Positions 59,587 to 64,000 of a stretch of 64,000 nt of DNA are shown in pieces. The stretch comes from Bacillota bacterium. GTDB taxonomy: Bacteria; Bacillota; Negativicutes; Sporomusales; Sporomusaceae. Under the pieces are notes generated by a model. The model had not been told where the DNA came from. It saw only the letters and a program-made list of their open reading frames with translations, and did no database searches. A program made the position numbers and the translations under genes. Each line of letters starts with the position of its first letter. Positions within the stretch are counted from its first letter, which is position 1. The DNA is taken from positions 3,636 to 67,635 of the forward strand of contig JAGGAB010000010.1 in assembly GCA_017889705.1 (NCBI GenBank), written 5' to 3'.

Positions 59587-61476
59587 TTAAATTGTTTGCT
59601 CTTGCAGTAATTTTTCATTCACATAGACCTGAACACGTACCTGACCGGTTCCTTCTACTGTTTTTTCGATTCGTTCACCAGGTTTGTGTGTGCCTTCATA
59701 AGCAACTCGTCGGCCATTCGTATCAGTTACTACTATTTGCAAGGCTTGGCGTGCCGGCCCATCTGGTATAGTTACTTGCACAACCGCTCTCCGTACTGCT
59801 CCAGGTACACCTTTGGCAACTGAGAAATCAATTGACGTGCCTTCTGTTACTTCTGTAGCAGGCGGCGGATTTTGGCTAATAATAGTACCTGGCGGATATT
59901 TGTCATTTGCAGTTTCTGTGATCTTCCCTTGTTTAAGTTTCAAACTTTCGAGCTGTGTTGCAACCGTGCTTAAGAGCGATCCTTGGAAATCCGGCAATGA
60001 AAGTTTCTTGGGACCTGTCCCTTTGCTGATAACAATATCAATAGTTGTCCCTTTGGTTACTTGTGCCGGTGGACGAGGATTCTGATTAATAACTGTGTCT
60101 GCCTGCGAACCTTCAGCAAACTGCTCGTCGACTCGCCCCAGTTTTAAACCGGAATTTTTAATCTGCAGTTCGGCATCTCGACGGTTCAGGCCGCGTAAAT
60201 CAGGAACAACAGTGATTTCACCGCCTTTGCTAACAACAATAGTTATTGTTCGTTGCTCTTTAACGGTAGTTCCTGCTTCCGGCTGCTGGGAAACAACTTG
60301 TCCTGCAGGTACTTTATCACTAAAAGCTTCCGAAACGGAAACCCTAAGATTATTGCTGATAAGAATGTTACGGGCGGTATCGACTTGTTTGCCGACAACA
60401 TCTGGTACAGTAATTTCATTTAAGCTCCAAAATTTCCCAAACCCTAAAAAGGCTGCCACTGCTGAACCAAGCAACACCAAAAATAATATTCCTAATAACC
60501 ACGGTTTGGAAAGTTTGGTTTCATTTAATATTGATTTAGAATTATTATGCGGTTGTCGTACTGGATTTGCTGTAGTCTCTCCAGCTTCCTGAGATATCGT
60601 CGGCAATATTTGAGTAGGAAAATCGGTGTGCGACAGCCTGCGGGTATGATCATCTCGCAGGTAATTTTGCGCCAATTTAAAATCAGCAATCATTTCCCCG
60701 ATATCAGTGTATCTGGCAACCGGTTCCTTATGCATGGCTTTTACTACAATAGCCTCAATCAACGGTGGAATGGTTGCATTTAATTCCCTAAGCGGCTTAG
60801 GTTCTTCCTGAAGATGCTTAAGAGCAATACTGATTGGTGATTCACCGGCAAATGGAACCTGACCAGAAAGCATCTCATAAAGTACAACCCCTAAGGAATA
60901 GATGTCGGATTTGGCGCCGACAGAAGTCCCCTTAGCTTGCTCTGGCGAAAAGTAATGCACAGAACCAATAATTGTACCTGAATTGGTCATTGTTGACGAG
61001 GTAACTGCGCGAGCTATACCAAAGTCAGTTACCTTAACCCGTCCGGAACGAGTAATAAGAATATTGTGCGGTTTGATATCACAGTGAATTAAATTATTTT
61101 GGTGCGCATGTTCCAGCGCTTCCGCTATTTCCATAGCAATTCGCACTGCCGTTTCTACCGGCAGCGGCGCTTCTCTGTCAATTTTGTCTTTGAGCGTTTC
61201 ACCGGAAATATATTCCATGATTATATAGTAAACTTGCTCATCAAAACCAACATCATAAATATTCACAATATTAGGGTGAGAAAGCTTAGCTGCCGCTTGG
61301 GCTTCCCGGCGAAAGCGACTGATAAACTCTTCATCATCAGTAAATTGGGGACGTAACACTTTAACTGCTACCGAACGGTCTAAAAGCTTGTCATGCGCCC
61401 GATATACGTCGGCCATACCGCCGCCGCCAATTCGTTCTAATATTGTATAACGATCATCAAGTGTGCGATTAAGCAT
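59587..61476 (-). CDS. pknB: PASTA-domain Ser/Thr kinase
   Basis: GGGGMADV, HCDIKPHN, DFG, TM helix, three PASTA repeats. Confidence 0.95.
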   Translation of the reverse strand: MLNRTLDDRYTILERIGGGGMADVYRAHDKLLDRSVAVKVLRPQFTDDEEFISRFRREAQAAAKLSHPNIVNIYDVGFDEQVYYIIMEYISGETLKDKIDREAPLPVETAVRIAMEIAEALEHAHQNNLIHCDIKPHNILITRSGRVKVTDFGIARAVTSSTMTNSGTIIGSVHYFSPEQAKGTSVGAKSDIYSLGVVLYEMLSGQVPFAGESPISIALKHLQEEPKPLRELNATIPPLIEAIVVKAMHKEPVARYTDIGEMIADFKLAQNYLRDDHTRRLSHTDFPTQILPTISQEAGETTANPVRQPHNNSKSILNETKLSKPWLLGILFLVLLGSAVAAFLGFGKFWSLNEITVPDVVGKQVDTARNILISNNLRVSVSEAFSDKVPAGQVVSQQPEAGTTVKEQRTITIVVSKGGEITVVPDLRGLNRRDAELQIKNSGLKLGRVDEQFAEGSQADTVINQNPRPPAQVTKGTTIDIVISKGTGPKKLSLPDFQGSLLSTVATQLESLKLKQGKITETANDKYPPGTIISQNPPPATEVTEGTSIDFSVAKGVPGAVRRAVVQVTIPDGPARQALQIVVTDTNGRRVAYEGTHKPGERIEKTVEGTGQVRVQVYVNEKLLQEQTI

Positions 61477-61488
61477 TAATTCACCCCC

Positions 61489-62910
61489 TTAACGTAATGC
61501 CTGCAATAAAATCTGGCGGGCAATCGGTGCAGCTACGCTACCGCCAGCCCCTGCATTTTCTACGACTACAGCTATTGCCACTTGCGGATCTTCGGCTGGT
61601 GCAAACCCAATAAACCAAGCATGTGAATCACCATGAGGATTTTCTGCTGTACCTGTTTTACCAGCAACCTGTATACCGCGTAATGCGGCTCCACTGCCGG
61701 TTCCTTCCGCAACTACACTTACCATCATATCGGCTATTTGATCAGCTAACTTACTACCAGCAGGTGCTAACCAAACTTCTGGTTTTGTTTCTCGTAACAG
61801 TGTACCCTCCGGTGCCGTAATTTTTTGCACCAAATATGGTTTCATCATAATTCCTTTATTAGCAAAGGTTGATGCCAGCATTGCCATTCGCAATGGTGTA
61901 ACCAACAGACTTCCCTGCCCAATTCCGGTTTGTGCCAAGTCTCCATCATTTAATCGAGAAAAATCGGGAAGTTGATTAGTACTTTCCTGAATATCACCTT
62001 TAATTAATTGGGTAAATCCATAGCGTTCGAAAGTTTTGGCCATTTTGCTGCGACCTAAATTAAGTGCTAACTGCCCAAAAGTTACATTACAGGAAACAGC
62101 TAACGCATGCTTTAAATCTACTCTGCCGTGAGCTGTATTATTAACTTCTGTTAATATATAATCAGGACCAATTTTAAAAGATCCATTACAATTAAATTGC
62201 AGGTTTTCATCAGCAATATGTTCTTTCAATGCGGCTTCAGCCACCATAACTTTGATAATCGATCCCGGTGGATATAGACCTTGCGCAGCCCGGTTAAGGA
62301 GTGGACTATTGGCTGCTTGTGATACATTGTCCCAAGTCGTAGCAAGCGTGTTCGGATTAAAAGCAGGCCGGCTTACCATAGCTAATATTGCCCCGCTTTT
62401 AGGTGACATGACAACTACCGCACCTCGCCGATTTCCAAGGGTCTGATAAGCAATTTGTTGCAACTTAGCATCCAGTGAAAGTACAACCGTATTGCCTGCG
62501 CTGCTTGTAAACAGTTGGCTGATGGCACCCAGGCGTTTTTCAGGATTTATTTGCCCTGATAAATAACCGTCATATCTGCCTTCAATACCTGTTTTGCCAT
62601 ACTTTGGACTATCATAACCAACAACGTGGGCAAATACTGCATCATACGGGTATTCGCGCCGATATTCTTTTTGGGAAAGCTTACTAAAAGCCAATACTTC
62701 TCCATGTTTATCGGTAATTTGACCTCGCTGAACCGTACGAGCCGCTTCGGCAGTACGGCGGTTAAGCGGGTGAAAAGCAAGCGTATCACTCTCAAAAACT
62801 TGAATATAAATTACATAACTAAGCAATACCACCAGTAATCCAATTGAAAATAGTCCTACTCTGTAAATGCTCCTGCGTATTGCTTTCTGTGGAATGTCGA
62901 GTTTATTCAT
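61489..62910 (-). CDS. Class B PBP transpeptidase (PbpA-like)
   Basis: PGSIIK, SCN, KTG. Confidence 0.92.
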   Translation of the reverse strand: MNKLDIPQKAIRRSIYRVGLFSIGLLVVLLSYVIYIQVFESDTLAFHPLNRRTAEAARTVQRGQITDKHGEVLAFSKLSQKEYRREYPYDAVFAHVVGYDSPKYGKTGIEGRYDGYLSGQINPEKRLGAISQLFTSSAGNTVVLSLDAKLQQIAYQTLGNRRGAVVVMSPKSGAILAMVSRPAFNPNTLATTWDNVSQAANSPLLNRAAQGLYPPGSIIKVMVAEAALKEHIADENLQFNCNGSFKIGPDYILTEVNNTAHGRVDLKHALAVSCNVTFGQLALNLGRSKMAKTFERYGFTQLIKGDIQESTNQLPDFSRLNDGDLAQTGIGQGSLLVTPLRMAMLASTFANKGIMMKPYLVQKITAPEGTLLRETKPEVWLAPAGSKLADQIADMMVSVVAEGTGSGAALRGIQVAGKTGTAENPHGDSHAWFIGFAPAEDPQVAIAVVVENAGAGGSVAAPIARQILLQALR

Positions 62911-64000
62911 TGGGTGCTTGTCGCCTCCGATATGGCAAATAACATCCCCAGCAGGATAAAGCTTGAAACCATAGAGCTACCTCCATAACTTATGAGCGGT
63001 AGCGTTATGCCTGTAAGTGGCAAAAATTTAGTAACACCGCCAATAATGATAAAAACCTGTAACGCGGTAAGTACGCCTAAACCACCGGCTAATAGCATGG
63101 TAAAAGGTATTTGTGAGGCAAGCGCTGTACGAAAGGCCCGATAAACAATCAATATATAAGCCATAATCACGGCCGCAGTGCCAGCTAACCCTAGTTCTTC
63201 ACCAATAGCCGCAAAAATGAAATCGGTATGTACTTCGGGAATACTATTGGGATGACCAAAGGTTAGACCACTTCCCAGCACTCCGCCAGACCCTAGAGCA
63301 AAGAGTGATTGGACAATCTGGTAGGATCGGCCGGAAGGGTCAGCCCAGGGGTTTAACCAAATATCAATTCGAACTTGTACATGAGGAAATAAATAGTAGC
63401 AGACAGTTGAACCTGTAAAAAACAAGCCAAGTGCCAAAACAACATACCCCCACTTGCCGCTTGCCATATAGGTCATAATTACTGTCGTACCAAAATAAAG
63501 CAAAGCAGAGCCTAAATCCCGCTGAACAATAAGCATAGCCATAGTCAATGCCCATAATGCCAGCAGCGGTGCAATAAAGCGTGGATGTGGCAAGATTAAC
63601 GGTCCATAATGCCTGGTAGCATAAGTTAGCAATTGACGCCGCTCGCTCAAGTAAGCAGCCAGAAATACAATAATTAGCAATTTGGCAAACTCGGACGGTT
63701 GAACCCTTATCGGTCCCAGGACAATCCAGTTTTTATTACCCCCGATATCCACGCCGAATGTGATTGTAATTAACAATAAAATAATGCCGATTATACCACA
63801 AAGATATTTATATTTGGCAATATCTTCGGCTTGCCGGAAACTAATAGCAGTAACAATAAAAGCTAGTAACCCTGCAGCTAACCATATAGCTTGTTGGATA
63901 AATAAATCAGGCCGTAATCTTAAGATAAGTGTTAACCCAATAGAAGCTAAAAATACAGCTAACGGTAAGAGTACCGGGTCAGCACAAAAGAAACGACGTC
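62907..64000 (-). CDS. FtsW/RodA/SpoVE family protein, 5' end outside window
   Basis: QPSEFAK, DLG, HTDFIF, PLTGITLPLISYGGSS; frame open to window edge. Confidence 0.93.
   Translation of the reverse strand, partial: RRFFCADPVLLPLAVFLASIGLTLILRLRPDLFIQQAIWLAAGLLAFIVTAISFRQAEDIAKYKYLCGIIGIILLLITITFGVDIGGNKNWIVLGPIRVQPSEFAKLLIIVFLAAYLSERRQLLTYATRHYGPLILPHPRFIAPLLALWALTMAMLIVQRDLGSALLYFGTTVIMTYMASGKWGYVVLALGLFFTGSTVCYYLFPHVQVRIDIWLNPWADPSGRSYQIVQSLFALGSGGVLGSGLTFGHPNSIPEVHTDFIFAAIGEELGLAGTAAVIMAYILIVYRAFRTALASQIPFTMLLAGGLGVLTALQVFIIIGGVTKFLPLTGITLPLISYGGSSMVSSFILLGMLFAISEATSTQ

Overview
Chromosomal window from a spore-forming, probably Negativicutes-type Firmicute (taxon is an inference from gene content). 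It appears to span the replication terminus: genes are mostly + strand up to ~11.9 kb and mostly - strand afterwards, and a 28-bp dif-like site lies at the switch (12023-12050). The left 12 kb is accessory. It holds a decayed prophage switch (CI-like repressor with the catalytic Lys changed to Met, a damaged cro, four operator-like boxes), duplicated small genes, a type I toxin-like peptide, orphan RiPP-leader-like peptides, two unexplained promoter-driven structured RNAs, and a Tyr T-box ahead of an acyl-CoA ligase. Directly right of dif is an AT-rich ~6.3 kb element encoding an intact tyrosine recombinase, an HTH protein and a degenerate second recombinase, with a metallophosphoesterase-STAND NTPase (likely anti-phage) as cargo; this is the best candidate for an undescribed system. 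The remaining ~45 kb is core genome: MTA/SAH recycling cluster, surE, queDE, psd/pssA, PBPs, guaB, a c-di-AMP riboswitch gene, fixCX, recG, rpmB, hslO, rib operon with an FMN riboswitch carrying an extra hairpin, rpe, rsgA, pknB and ftsW/rodA. No rRNA, tRNA or CRISPR array was seen. All calls are by eye, without database searches.
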